From positions 1 to 51,337 of the forward strand of contig NW_021833999.1 in the NCBI RefSeq assembly GCF_006345805.1: a stretch of 51,337 nucleotides of DNA, in the 5' to 3' direction. Source of the stretch: Octopus sinensis. Taxonomy: Eukaryota. The position numbers and the translations under genes are program-made. Each line of letters starts with the position of its first letter. Position 1 is the first letter of the stretch. Below the pieces are notes generated by a model. It was given only the letters and a program-made list of their open reading frames with translations. It was not told where the DNA came from and made no database searches. This document shows, piece by piece, positions 11,237 to 23,413 of this stretch.

Positions 11237-11461
11237 GCGGCGAGCTGGCAGAGTCGTTAGCACGCCAGGTGAAATGCATAGCTGTATTTCGTCTGCCGTT
11301 ACGTTCTGAGTTCAAATTCCGCCGAGGTCGACTTTGCCTTTCATCCTTTCGGGGTCGATAAATTAAGTACCAGTTTCGCACTGGGGTCGATGTAATCGAC
11401 TTAATCCCTTTGTCCTTGTTTGTCCCCTCTATGTTTAGCCCCTTGTGGGCAATAAAGAAAC
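11237..11461 (+). mobile_element. tRNA-derived SINE family B inserted into the head of a family A copy (11215-11750)
   Basis: GCGGCGAGCTGGCAGAGTCGTTAGC...GAGTTCAAATTCC...GCCTTTCATCCTTTCGGGGTCGATAAATTAAGTACC...AATAAAGAAA, with AAGAAG duplicated at 11231 and 11462. The central block resembles the Meta SINE domain from recollection (needs checking). Confidence 0.9.
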
Positions 11462-12070
11462 AAGAAGCTTGCTTCCCAACCACACGGTTGGGTTCAGTCC
11501 CACTGTGTGACATCTTGGGCAAGTGCCTTCTACTATATCCTTGGGCTGACCAAAGCCTTGTGAGTGGATTTGATAGGTGGAAACTGAAAGAAGCCTGTGG
11601 TGTATATAAATATGTATATCTTATGTGTGTTTGTCTTTTGTCTGTGTTTGTTCCCCATCAGCACCACTTGATAACTGGTGTTGGTTTGTTTACATCCCTG
11701 TAACTTAGCAGTTTGATAAAAAGCGGCCGATGCAATAAGTACCGGGTTTAGCTACCTGTTTCGTTACCTGCCTATCGGTTTAGCTACCTGTGTGTTTCTG
11801 TGTCTATTTATGTATTAGTCTATCAATCAATCTATTTACTTGTCTGTGTAACCCATTTAACTTATTTATATCTCTCTTTCTCTATTTTCTCTATATGCCT
11901 ACCTACCTACCTACATGCCTCTCTCTATCTACATGTCTACCTATCTACTATCAACCTATTATACAGGCCCAAAAGTCATAAAGGTGTTAATTCATTTATG
12001 CTGCTTTAAATTTATAACTTAGCATGTCATACCGTATATATATATATCTATATATATATATATATATATC

Positions 12071-12352
12071 AATCCTAAATCTGATTTTTCCCTGTAAGTT
12101 TGGATTTATTCCCTAATATTTTATTATTAATTAATATATTGATAAATTACGTATAATATAATATTTTACTATAAAAATTGGATTCAATCCTAAATCTGAT
12201 TTTTCCCTGTAAGTTTGGATTTATTCCCTAATATTTTATTATTAATTAATATATTGATAAATTACGTATAATATAATATTTTACTATAAAAATTGGATTC
12301 AATCCTAATCTGATTTTTCCTGTAAGTTTGGATTTATTCCCTATATTTTATT
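12071..12352. repeat. Tandem repeat, ~2.4 x 115 bp, AT-rich, between (TA)n tracts
   Basis: AATCCTAA(A)TCTGATTTTTCC starts at 12071, 12186 and 12301. Confidence 0.95.
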
Positions 12353-12370
12353 ATATATATATATATATAT

Positions 12371-12469
<99 letters not shown>

Positions 12470-12484
12470 ATATTATATATATAT

Positions 12485-12518
<34 letters not shown>
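12353..12518. repeat. Interrupted (TA)n microsatellite
   Basis: TA runs punctuated by TT. Confidence 0.95.
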
Positions 12519-12519
12519 A

Positions 12520-12870
12520 ATTTAAAATGAGGGTGAGAAATTGGCTATTAAATTAATTAAATAACCACAAGTGTAATTGGTAGAACTAGCTACAGGTCTG
12601 ACCATGTGCAGACGTTCTCGTATATAGTTCTGCAAATTATATTCGTATAGACGGCCACACTGAAGATCTACGGGCAAATTGCGTAAGTAAAATGACGTAA
12701 TCTGTTAATAGTGAAACATTTATGTGATTAATCTATATTTTGTTACTTTTCATTTGTCTTGCTCGCTTACCTTCTGGTGTTTGCTAAATTTTTCTTGAGA
12801 ACATTTCTTAGTGGTAAGACCATAGCAGATCTGCTTCTAGCATAAGGGTTGTCCACATAGTGGTCATCCC
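12520..12870 (+). mobile_element. Non-autonomous Penelope-like derivative with a decayed hammerhead motif
   Basis: Head AAATGAGGGTGAGAAATTGGCTATTAA and segment TTAGTGGTAAGACCATAGCAGATCTGCTTCTAGCATAAG are both shared with the element at 40760-41240. CCACA-CTGAAGA...GAAACATTTA-TGTGA at 12655-12727. Confidence 0.6.
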
Positions 12871-13029
12871 TTTTATGTGTATGTAGAGACCGAGACTTTG
12901 GAAGTATGCTGTGCGTGGGAAGACCCGGCAGGACAAGTGAGACCATAATCCGTGGCCTCTACCTGGGACGTAGCCAGCCCACTTATGCATACCTTTCCTT
13001 CTTGTGACACAAACCCTACTTGTGAAGAT

Positions 13030-13381
13030 GTGTTGAGGCAAGTGAAAATCAAAATCGAAATCGAATGTTTCAACATCAATGGAAATTGTAGCTGAGATAC
13101 CAGTGCCGGTGGCACGTAAGAGAACCATCCGAACGTGTCGGTGGCACGTAAAAAGCACCATCCAATCGTGGCCATTGCCAGCCTCGTCTGGCACCTGTGC
13201 AGGTGGCATATAAAAAGCACCCACTACACTCACGGAGTGGTTGGCGTTAGGAAGGGCATCCAGCTGTAGAAACACTGCCAGATCAGACTGGGCCTGGTGC
13301 AACCTCCTGACTTCCCAGACCCCAGTTGAACCGTTCAACCCATGCTAGCATGGAAAACGGACGTTAAACGATGATGATGAT
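13030..13381 (+). mobile_element. Family C SINE-like copy
   Basis: GGTGGCACGTAAAAAGCACC repeats; ends GGACGTTAAACGATGATGATGA. Confidence 0.88.
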
Positions 13382-13536
13382 AATATATGAAATATATGCG
13401 CATTAAGAGTAATGTCAGATTTTGTGAATTAAACATAAAAATGTAATTAAAACAAATTTATTAAACTTTTAAACTCCCCTGTGACATCTGGCCCAACCTC
13501 TATGTATGTATGTATGTATGAATGTGTGTATGAGTA

Positions 13537-13880
13537 TATCTCTATATAAACGGCAAAATGTGTGTGTGTGTGTCCTTTGTACAAATCCACAATTTTTCAG
13601 TTAGAGGGCTCGCACTTTCTATGGTCATTCAAAACCGTCCAAGGGTGGTCATGCACATCTTTACAAATCCCCCAGTCACCCCACAAAGCCATTAAAAAAA
13701 TCAATAGAAGTGACTTTTTTGTGAATTTTCTATCCAAAACCCAATCAAAATGCCTGAAACTTGATACACCAATTGAATGCCAGCTAGCTGTGTGTGATTG
13801 GTCAGAGATTTGGATAGTTCTCGCGTGTATGTGTGCACGCACGCAGCTGTATATGCATTGCCAGGTCATAGTGCTAATAT
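13537..13880 (+). mobile_element. Possible Helitron/HINE-like non-autonomous element
   Basis: Starts TATCTCTATATAAACGGC plus (TG)n and ends GCCAGGTCATAGTGCTAAT (degenerate CTAGT). Architecture only. Confidence 0.35.
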
Positions 13881-14018
13881 ATATAAATTTCCCTACCTAC
13901 CAATTGGTCTCTCTCTCTCTCTCTACCTGTCTCTGTTTTTCTCTTATATATTTACTTCTACCGTATTTTATTTCTGTTTCACTCTCACTTGACAAAAATA
14001 TTTATTTATTTACCCCAG

Positions 14019-14195
14019 GGTGAACAAGCCTATGTCCGTGTGAAGCAAGACTACCGGGGACCTTCCCGTTCCAGAAGCAGAAGCTATTCTCCACGACGCA
14101 CTCGAGATTCGCCACGCTACACACCGATGAGGCTGCGCTCTCGCTCACCCTCATCTCTCTCCACATCTTACTCTCGTTCCAGATCACCTTTTTGA
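14019..14195 (+). CDS. SRSF1: SRSF1 homologue, coding exon 4 (RS domain, stop)
   Basis: TTTACCCCAG|GGT acceptor; GEQAYVRVKQDYRGPSRSRSRSYSPRRTRDSPRYTPMRLRSRSPSSLSTSYSRSRSPF, TGA at 14193-14195. Spliced CDS from 2836 is 678 nt (225 aa). Confidence 0.96.
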   Translation, partial: GEQAYVRVKQDYRGPSRSRSRSYSPRRTRDSPRYTPMRLRSRSPSSLSTSYSRSRSPF

Positions 14196-14703
14196 ACTGA
14201 AACAAACCATTTTTTTTTCCTTTTATTAATCTGTCTGTGTGTATGGGTCAAGTATGGCTCCAATGGATACGACACTACATTTTTCTTTTCTCTTCTCTTC
14301 CATTTCTCATTGTTTAGTTGTCACATTTTTCATCAAATCTGGTGTGTGGATGGATTAAGGACTGGGCATTGAAAGTAGGGATGGGGGTGGGGACCAATCT
14401 TTAGACTAAGATAATTGGAACTTAGCTTCATAATCTTTGAATTCCTTTCTCCTTTGTTTTCAGCTTTTACCCCCCCCCCACCTTATGTTACGATTTTTTC
14501 CCAGCCAATTTCTTTGTATTTTTTGATGCTTTCACATTACAATTTAGCATAGAATGAAATAATTTGTGATTATAACCACAACAATAACAAAAACAATAAT
14601 AATAATCCAACCCCCTCTTCATTTTTTTGTTTTCAATTTTTTTTTTCTTTAAGTTCTTTTTGTAGTAAAATAACAGAAAAAAATTATTTGGGTTTCACTT
14701 CTA

Positions 14704-14709
14704 AATAAA
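14704..14709 (+). terminator. Candidate proximal polyadenylation signal AATAAA
   Basis: AATAAA about 510 nt after the stop, followed by GU/U-rich sequence. Confidence 0.45.
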
Positions 14710-17700
14710 AGTTTGGTGAAACGCTTCATTAGAATTTGATAATATATATGTATACTTATGAGTGTGTGTGTATATTTCTATACATACATACACACACATT
14801 TTTGCTTACTTCGTGGTATAAAAAAACATAACTATATACATGTTGTGTGTTAGAGGTGTGTATAGGCTTGTCATATACATAGAGTGAGTGTGTGTATGTA
14901 TATATATATATATATATATATAGTCGAAGCTGTTGCAATGTACTTTTTGACTTGACCTTGCTTTGAATATCACATCTTTTCCTTTTCTTCTGCTACTGTT
15001 CTCGACTCCTCTCTCTCACCCTCCATCCACCTTGTTTTACCATTTTCCTCTTCCAGCTGGGGGGTTTTGTTTCTCTATGCTTTAATGATTGTTTATTGTG
15101 CTCCTCTTTCCTAGATCCTGTGTGTTGGTACTCACAGTTACTGTGGAGCAGCAAAGGAATGTACCTACCTACCTACGTACCTAATCTACCTATCTACCAC
15201 ACACACTCACAGAGCCGTCCAGATCATTGATTTACGGACACACACCACATTAACTGCTGTTTTCTCTCTCTCTCACTCTCTCTTTCTCTCACTCTCTCTC
15301 TCTCTTTCTTTCTTTCTCTCTCTCTCTCTTTCATTCAGCGGAATATTGCTCCAAGATTTCCAATGCCACAAAAAATAAAAAGAAAGAAATTATATATATC
15401 TATAAAAAAAATGTGTAAACAAAACAAACTACAAAAAGTACAAAAACAAAACAATGAACTGGTATGCATCTGTGTAGTCCTTTCAAAATTTCTTTAAAAA
15501 AAATTTTTATCTTTTTCTGTTATTATTAATTTTTCTTCATTATTCTTTAGAATTTTTATTAATTAGGATTAAAAAAAAATATACGTAACAAAAAAACATA
15601 CGAACAATATAAAACATTAATCTATCTATGTGTACACACACACACTGCATGTATACACTGCATATACATACGACCGACCGATATACACACTCACAAAAAC
15701 ATAGATATACATGTGTTTAAAAAAAAAAACTTAGAAAAAGAATAAAATTGCTATCTTGCAGTATTTTACATAACAAAAAAAAAGTTTCCTTAATCTTAAG
15801 TAACTTTAATTATTTTTAATTACGTTAATTAAAAGTTAATATTTTATATTTAAAAGGTTATATGCGAAAGGACAGTTTTTATCTCTTTGTGAGATTTTGT
15901 GGTGTTGACAAAAAAAAAAAAAATGAAGCAAAGAGCTTTGTCAAATCTATGAGGGGGAGAGAGCATCGTTTTCTTTCCGTTTACTGTTAGGTTCTGTTTC
16001 TGTCATCTCGTTCTTTTCCACTGAAGACCAAACAAAACAAAATGACCTTCTATTAGAATTATCCCATACAGTTATATAACATTATACACACACACACACA
16101 CACTCTCTCCTCTTTCTCTATGTATAAACACTTCTAGTCATTCAGTAGTTTCTTTTTACTGTCCAACCTCATTTGTCAATGAATGCCCCCCACTTCTTCA
16201 CACCCCTGTATACATAAACACTAAGAACACGAGACACACACCCAAAACGCAAATATAACCATATTTGGAAGAAAAGAAAATGTAGTTATTTTTTTTTTAC
16301 CATATATGGTGTTGACTCACCACCCCCTAGTGTTCTTCTTGTGTATCTATTGGTCCTGAATGTAGTAATTATTTTCATTCTTTCTTCCTATACAGTAATA
16401 TACAATGATGTTAATAATAATAATAATAATAATACTCTCTCTCTGTAGTGGTCATTTCTGTTGGTTAGCAAAAAGGAAATCCTACTGCATAACCTTGAGA
16501 TTCCCTTCTCTTTCCTTTCAACTCTGGCAAGTCTGAAGTTGTTGTTGTTGTCATTGTTAGTAGTTGCAGACGCTTCATACTTAATAGACTGGCAAAGTAA
16601 TGTCTTCTGAGTACCATCTTTGCCATTTTGAATATGTCTTTCCATTCCTTTGTAATTCAAATTTATAAAGACAAAAAAAAAAACAATAATTATATTCTAG
16701 ATTTCTTTGTTCCTAGTTCACCTGTCTGTCTATATATACATATACACACATATACACTCCTGTCTGTTGTTTTGCTTATACACACACATCACATGCATTT
16801 CTTTTAAGTGTGGGCCCATTTCTATGCAAATGCTGGGAGCCACCGAGCGTTATTTCTTTTCTCTCTTTGTTCTTTTCATTTCCCCAAATTTTATTTTCCA
16901 TTCTTCTTCTTCAAAGTTGTAGTGGACCAGAAATAAGGTTTGTTATTTCAGTATCTCTGCTCTTCTGTTCCAAATATTTCACAGAAATATATTATAATTT
17001 TTACACATGATGATGATGATGACGATGATCACACACATGCACACACTTAAACACACGCTACTATTTAGTTTTGTCCATTTTCCATGACTGTAAACACACG
17101 CACTCACACACATACATAGGAAAGAGGAAACCTTAAAGTTTAATCGCATTCATATTTTCCATATAACAGTCCTGTTCCCTTAATGTTTTTTTAATGTTAA
17201 AGCAGTATTGATTTTGAGAGTGTTATATATACATATAGGTATACATATGTGTGTGTGTATATATAGATGTATAGATAGATGTATATAAATGACATGACTG
17301 GTATGTAATAACAGTTTATAAATTTATTTCTTTAAATGGCCACAGCTGAGATGCATTTCACAACAACACACCAGGAGTGTCTCTCTTCTGCCACCTTTGG
17401 TAGATCTCTAGTTTCTGTGTGTGTGTGTTGTGTGCTTGTATTTTATATTCTAGTTAGCAGCCTAGTTATATACATACAGTATAGTTATATTACACTCACT
17501 CAGTATCATTAAAGGTTTTGGTTTTTATTTTTAGCTTCAATTCAGTCCCAACAAAGATGTCATTCCATCCATGACTCTCTCTCTCTCTCTCTCTCCTTTT
17601 TGTACAGCTTGGACAATGTTGTCCTCTGTCGTCTTTTGCTTCGTATAATGTGGTAGGTAGAGGTGCAATTTGACTGCTATTTCTAGAGGGCTGCATAACT

Positions 17701-17795
17701 ACATAGAGGCTCCCATTTATGCCTGTTGTTTCATACAGTTTTGGCTACGTCTATATAAACTGCTCTCTCATAAATATATACATAATACCATATCT

Positions 17796-17984
17796 GGAAA
17801 ATTCACCGCAAGCATTTTTTGCCATGGGAAATTTCGCTGTAGGAAATTTTCCCATAATTAGAGAAAATTACCTTTCTCTAATTGGTAGGTTAGTTGATGA
17901 AGTTGCCATTTTAATAAAACAGCTAATCTTTATTTTTGCTATTAATTTTTTTTTTACGGCAAAAATGCTTATAGTGAAATTTCC
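17796..17984. mobile_element. Degenerate MITE
   Basis: GGAAAATTCACCGCAAGCATTTTTTGCC vs GGCAAAAATGCTTATAGTGAAATTTCC, an imperfect ~28-bp inverted repeat. Confidence 0.6.
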
Positions 17985-20900
17985 TATAACCACATAATAC
18001 ATACATTTTACACACATGTAAACACCCACATTATTTTCACTGACCTTCATGTCTACCTGGAAAATAGAATCAATGTAACCCTGGGCTAAATTGTTGCTTT
18101 CTATTTAGTTTATGTATTTCTGTAGTTCAAGCCCTGTTGAAATTAATTCTCTCTTTCTTCCTTCGGCCTCTGTGTGTGTGTGTGTGTGTGAGTGAAACAG
18201 CTGTAGGGGATGTTGGTGGCGTGTCTTTTGATCAGCTCTAGTCCCAAATCTCCCCCTCATGGCATTATGGATTTATGTATATCAGAAAAAAATAATTACC
18301 AGCTTCGTCTATTTTCAACTCTAAGAGTTAATACTTTTTAAAAAAAAAATATTTTCTTCCTCCTCCTCCTATGCTCTCTCTCTCTCATAAATTAAGCCCC
18401 ATCCCTTCTATTATTATTATTATTATTATTGCATACACTGCCTCTTTCCATGTTGTTTAGTCTTGATGTTGCTTTTTTATTTTCTTATTTTTACTGCATA
18501 ATTTGAAAAACCAAAATTGTCTTGTAGTTTTATTCCATGAATGATATAAAGATATGTAATCTTTGTTGATTTCATAACATTTGTATTTAAAAAGTAATAT
18601 TAATAATGATATAATATTAATAATAATAATAATGATATTATTATTATTATTTAGTCAGTTCTGATGGTGTCGGCGAGGTGTTTCTAATGGTATTCTTCCT
18701 TTTTTTTTTTCATGTACTTCTAAAGGTTAAATACTTAAAGGATGGATTGGAAGCTAGGAGCATTCATTGTCTGGAGACAGGATCCTAGGAACCTGGGTGG
18801 AGGGTGAGGAAAAAAAAATATTAAAAAAAACAGAGCAAAGGAAATTTAGTCATGTTTGTTGTTTTCTCTCCGGAAAAGAACAAAAAACAAAAATACACAA
18901 ATGCAGGAAAGGATTTATTAAGGATGACTTAATTTTTTATATTTTTAGCCATTTAAATAATGCAAAAAAAAAAAAAAATTTTTTTTTTTTTTTGCATTGA
19001 GAAATTGGCAAATTTCAAAATCAGAACAACAACAAAAAAAGTCAAATCAAGCTAAGCAAAAAAAATATCAGGAGAAAGGAAGGAGAAAGAATGTAAAGCC
19101 AAATGGCTATATATACATATATATATATATGTGTATATATATTATATATATTTATATATATATATTATATTTTTTAAACTATGTCTTAATCACTTGTACC
19201 ACCAGATTCAGGATAACAAAGGATATACCATTTTTTTTTATTGGAAAGCAAAATGAGGCAAATATCGAATTAATTTTAAAAAGGAGGAAAAAAAAATATA
19301 TATAAAAAAAAAAAAGCAAATATAAACGAGGCAAAAATCGGATTAAATTCACTTCTGGTAAAATACTTCCTACAGGAATTCTTCATCTGCTTTTCTTGGA
19401 TTTCTTTTAACAGAATAATGGATTTAACCTGTAATTGGAATTTTTCATAATTTAACGGATTGCTTTCAATGAAAAAAAAGGTGGCATCGAAGGAAGGAAA
19501 GAGAAACAAAAACCTATAAATATAAATATTAACGATATAAATAATTATAATCTTTAACGGAACTCCTGCAAGTAATTCCTATGGAAAATAAAATTTCAAA
19601 GGAGAATGTTTTAAGGGGAGAGTTTGAGAAAAACAAATTGTTCTGTAATAGGGTTTATTGAAAAGACTAGTTTTTAGAATTAGTGGGGCAAGTTTAAAAA
19701 GTGTCAGGGGTTTACTCTAACAGTGAAATCTTTGGTCTAGCTGCTGCCTTTTCCAGCTTATAGAATGAATCTCTCTTGTAGAATTATTTGGTGCTTAGGT
19801 AGTATTTTTGCATGCTTGTGATAGTTAATCTTAGTTGTGATTATGGTATGTCAGTGTGCGTGTTTGTATAGTCTGGTTCAATATAATGAAAGATATTTGA
19901 TAGCTTTTGTTGTAAAATACAAAGATAATTTGAGTGTTGCTGGTAGCTGTTACTCCTTCTGTTTGGGAGTTTCTTCATTTAGTAATTAGTGTTACTGTTA
20001 AAGTATTTAGCCACTGAGTCCGTTAGGTAAGTTCAAAAGCTGCTCTTGTTGGGGGCAGGGGGCAGAGAATCGGTTTTTTCTTTGATCTGTTAAGAGCTGC
20101 TAAATTAGTCTTAGAGAATTTGAATCAGTTGATTTTCTCATAGAGTTGGTAATGTCAAAGTGTTAAGATTTTAATTGGGGAAATAATGAGTAGAGCTGTT
20201 CAAGTGTTTAAGATTTTAAAAGACAAAAATCTGAAATGATATCTTGATTAAACAGTAATGCATGTGTTAAGGGTTAGATTTTTTCCCTTCCTGAAAGTTT
20301 TCTAGTTGGCTCAGAGGGTGGTCTATCAGCAGAGAAGTCTTTGTATCTTTGTTGTCATACTTGTTCCTCAGTTTTATCAGTCAATTAAGAATTAATTAGG
20401 CACACTTGTATGTTGGGAGAAAGACCGGTCGTTTATTATTGTTCAAATTCTCTTGTGTATTATTGGTATTATTTTTATAGCTCACCTCTTCCATCTGTAT
20501 CTCTATGCAGTTTTTACTGATTGATCCAGTCTACCTGATTTTCAGGTGAGTGTGATCTGTACAGATGGAGGTGCATCATTATAGCTAGCAAGATAGGGTG
20601 CGACATCAAAGTGTATTATCCTTTTGGAAAGGGATACAAAATCAAAACCCCCAAAAAAGTCTTCCCATGATGGGATTTAATCCATACATTTTGCTTAGAT
20701 GTAATTGGAAAGTTCTTCACTGGTTTAAGAATGAAGACAGATAATTTGTTACGAAAGTAACTATAGATTTGACTACGGCTGCCTTTAGAAATTTTTCTGT
20801 TGGGTTACTGTAGATTGTGGCTTTTAATTTTGTTTAGTTTTAACAGAAAATAATGAGGAATTGAGGACCACAAACCAGATTTGTAAAGTTTAAGGCTTGG

Positions 20901-21194
20901 CTTTGTTTTCATGGTTTATCTCTTGTTTTTAGGTGTTTTTATGCTGTGTCGTAGAGCAAGACTCGTTATTGTTGAAACTGCATCGGTCTGATATAAAGGA
21001 CAGAATAGCTAAACAAACAATGGTCAGTGGAAATGATTTGGTGTATGAAAGGGGTGGACGTTGAACTCGATTTAAAAGAGTAATAGTGAACTATGGGTCA
21101 ATGAAATTTCAATTTACTGATTCAGTGCAGAACACCATTTTGATGAATTAACTTTTCTCCCCGTCCCTAAGGTCATCTTATTTCTTCATTTTAC

Positions 21195-21281
21195 TTGGAA
21201 TCTATAACAGGAAAGGAAATCTTAAACTATATTTCTCGGTTCTATTTGGATTCTATAACAGGAAAGGAATTCTTAAACTAT
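21195..21281. repeat. Local 36-bp direct duplication, period 51
   Basis: TTGGA(A/T)TCTATAACAGGAAAGGAA(A/T)TCTTAAACTAT at 21195 and 21246. Confidence 0.9.
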
Positions 21282-22561
21282 CATGAAAGTGGATCCTAGG
21301 CATTGAATAAAATCCCTTTGGACGATTCTGACGAGGATTTTTATTTCTTTTTACAAGGATAAAAATATCTGCTAACCTTGATGGTGTCTTGGTCGGCTGG
21401 CACCATCGAGGCCCATCTGTCCTGTCTGTCTCTGTCTCCAATAACACCAGGAAAATTAGAGGCACCATTTGGAAGGATTCTCTTTCAACCGCTAAGGAAC
21501 ATAACATCTTGTCTGTCTCCCCATTTTTTTCTGTTTTTTTTATTAAATATATATATTTATATATATATATATATATATATTATAAAATTAATTTTCCCTC
21601 TTGGTCAGGAAAAGGAAGGAAGGAAGGAAAAATTGGAATTTCATTCGGATCGCAAGCTAAGCAAACATACAAAATAAAAGTAACAACAACAACAGCAACA
21701 ACAATAAAAAAAAAAAACAGACAAGCAAAGCGAGACAGGAGACAACAACAACAACAACAACAAAAAACAAACATAACAAAAAAAAAGACAAAATTAAACA
21801 TTACAGCAATTATTTAAAGGCCCCCCTCAGTATAAGGAACATTTTTTTCAAGGGAGATTCTAAGCTTGTTCACAGACAACAGGGAGGATAGGCTATCACA
21901 AGGCACTGGCTTCTTCGTTGATAACACTAGGATACCTGCTGGATTTAAAACCGGTAAATTATAACTAGTATACTTTTTTTTCCTCTCCATTACTATTATT
22001 ACTACTACTACAACTATTACTACTACTACTACTACTACTTTATATTTTTAAAATTTAATATTACGGTTGAATGTTTTAAATTTTGACATCTACTCATCTT
22101 ATATATATATATATATGCTACTTTAATTTTGATAATTTCATATTTTTTCTTTTTATCCTTTTTTTTTTTTTGTGTTAATTAAAATTAAGTCGTTAGAGCA
22201 GAAAAGTAATGTCTCTTAATTATTTTTTTATTTTTAGTTTTTTGCAAATTTTTTTCTTTTTGTCCCCTTACTGATTTTTTTTTTTTTTTTTTTGAAAATT
22301 CATCTAGTGTAATAAATTAAAAATATTGATTGCTTTTTTTTTGTTAACCCCATTCCAACCACCATCCTATAAATGTGATTCTTTTCTATATAATTCCTTT
22401 TTCTAGCAGATTTAATGTGAAAATATAAATTCATATATGTAATAACTCAGTGTTTTGCTTTTCAGGTTTTCGCTGTCGTCTCTTTTCTTTCTATCCTTCT
22501 CTTGTTTTAATTATGCTTTGCATTTATCAATTAATGTTTGATTAATATTACATGTTATTAA

Positions 22562-22783
22562 AAGGTGGTGAGCTGGCAGAGTCGTTAGCATGTTGGGCAA
22601 AATGCTTATCAGCTTTTTCATCTGTCTTTACGTTCTGAGTTCAAATTCCACCAAGGTCGACTTTGCCTTTCGTCCTTTCGGGGTCAGTTAAAATAAGTAC
22701 CAGTTGCATACTGGGGGTTGATGTAATCGACTTAGCCCCCCCTCCCCATGAAATTTCTGGCCTCGTATCAAAATTCGAAACCA
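22562..22783 (+). mobile_element. SINE family B
   Basis: AAGGTGGTGAGCTGGCAGAGTCGTTAGC...GAGTTCAAATTCC...; first SINE after the SINE-free zone. Confidence 0.88.
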
Positions 22784-23413
22784 ATATCATATGTTGTTAA
22801 GTTTTCCTTCAAGAGCAGCAGGGGGGGGGGGGTACTCCCAGAATTGTTAGAGCTTTAGATGAAACAAAAATACCTTGTGGTATTTCTTCTGGCATGCTTG
22901 CTTAACGTTCTGAGTTCAAACCCTGCCTGGGGTCAAATTTGCCTTTTCGCCCTTCCGGTTGGTGGTGGTGGTGGTGGGGAGGATCGGTAAAATAAAGTAC
23001 CAGTCGAAGTACGGGAGGTTGATGCTATCAACTGACCTTTCCCATTTCTCAAACCTTGCTGGCCTTGTGCCTAAATTGGAAATAAACAAATTTTTTATTT
23101 GTCGTAATATGTTTTGTCAATTGTCGCTGCTGTCTTAAGGGTTACATGTTCCCAGTATTCCAGCATTTGTCCCCGTTTCAGTCCCCCCTCCCCCTCCACC
23201 CCATTCCCATCCAAACTAACTGACATAATAAAACTCCATTTTATAACAAAAACACTTTGATCTTTCTTTAGTTTTATTTTTTTCTGGTTTTTTTTTTTAC
23301 TGCATGAGATTTTTTTTTTAAATTCCCCCTTTTTTTTTTATCTCTGTCTTTTCTTGGTAATTTTCTTTGTGAAACTAGCCAAATTAATCATCAAGTTAAC
23401 GAAAGTGTACTTA

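Noticed and set aside
19700-20900. Minus-strand peptide scraps resembling Penelope RT motifs (KQKE*QLPATL, TRLYKHAH*HT, FDFVS...LASY)
   Set aside because: Too degenerate, with stops and frameshifts, to call by eye; a tBLASTx/HMM search against PLE RTs would decide.
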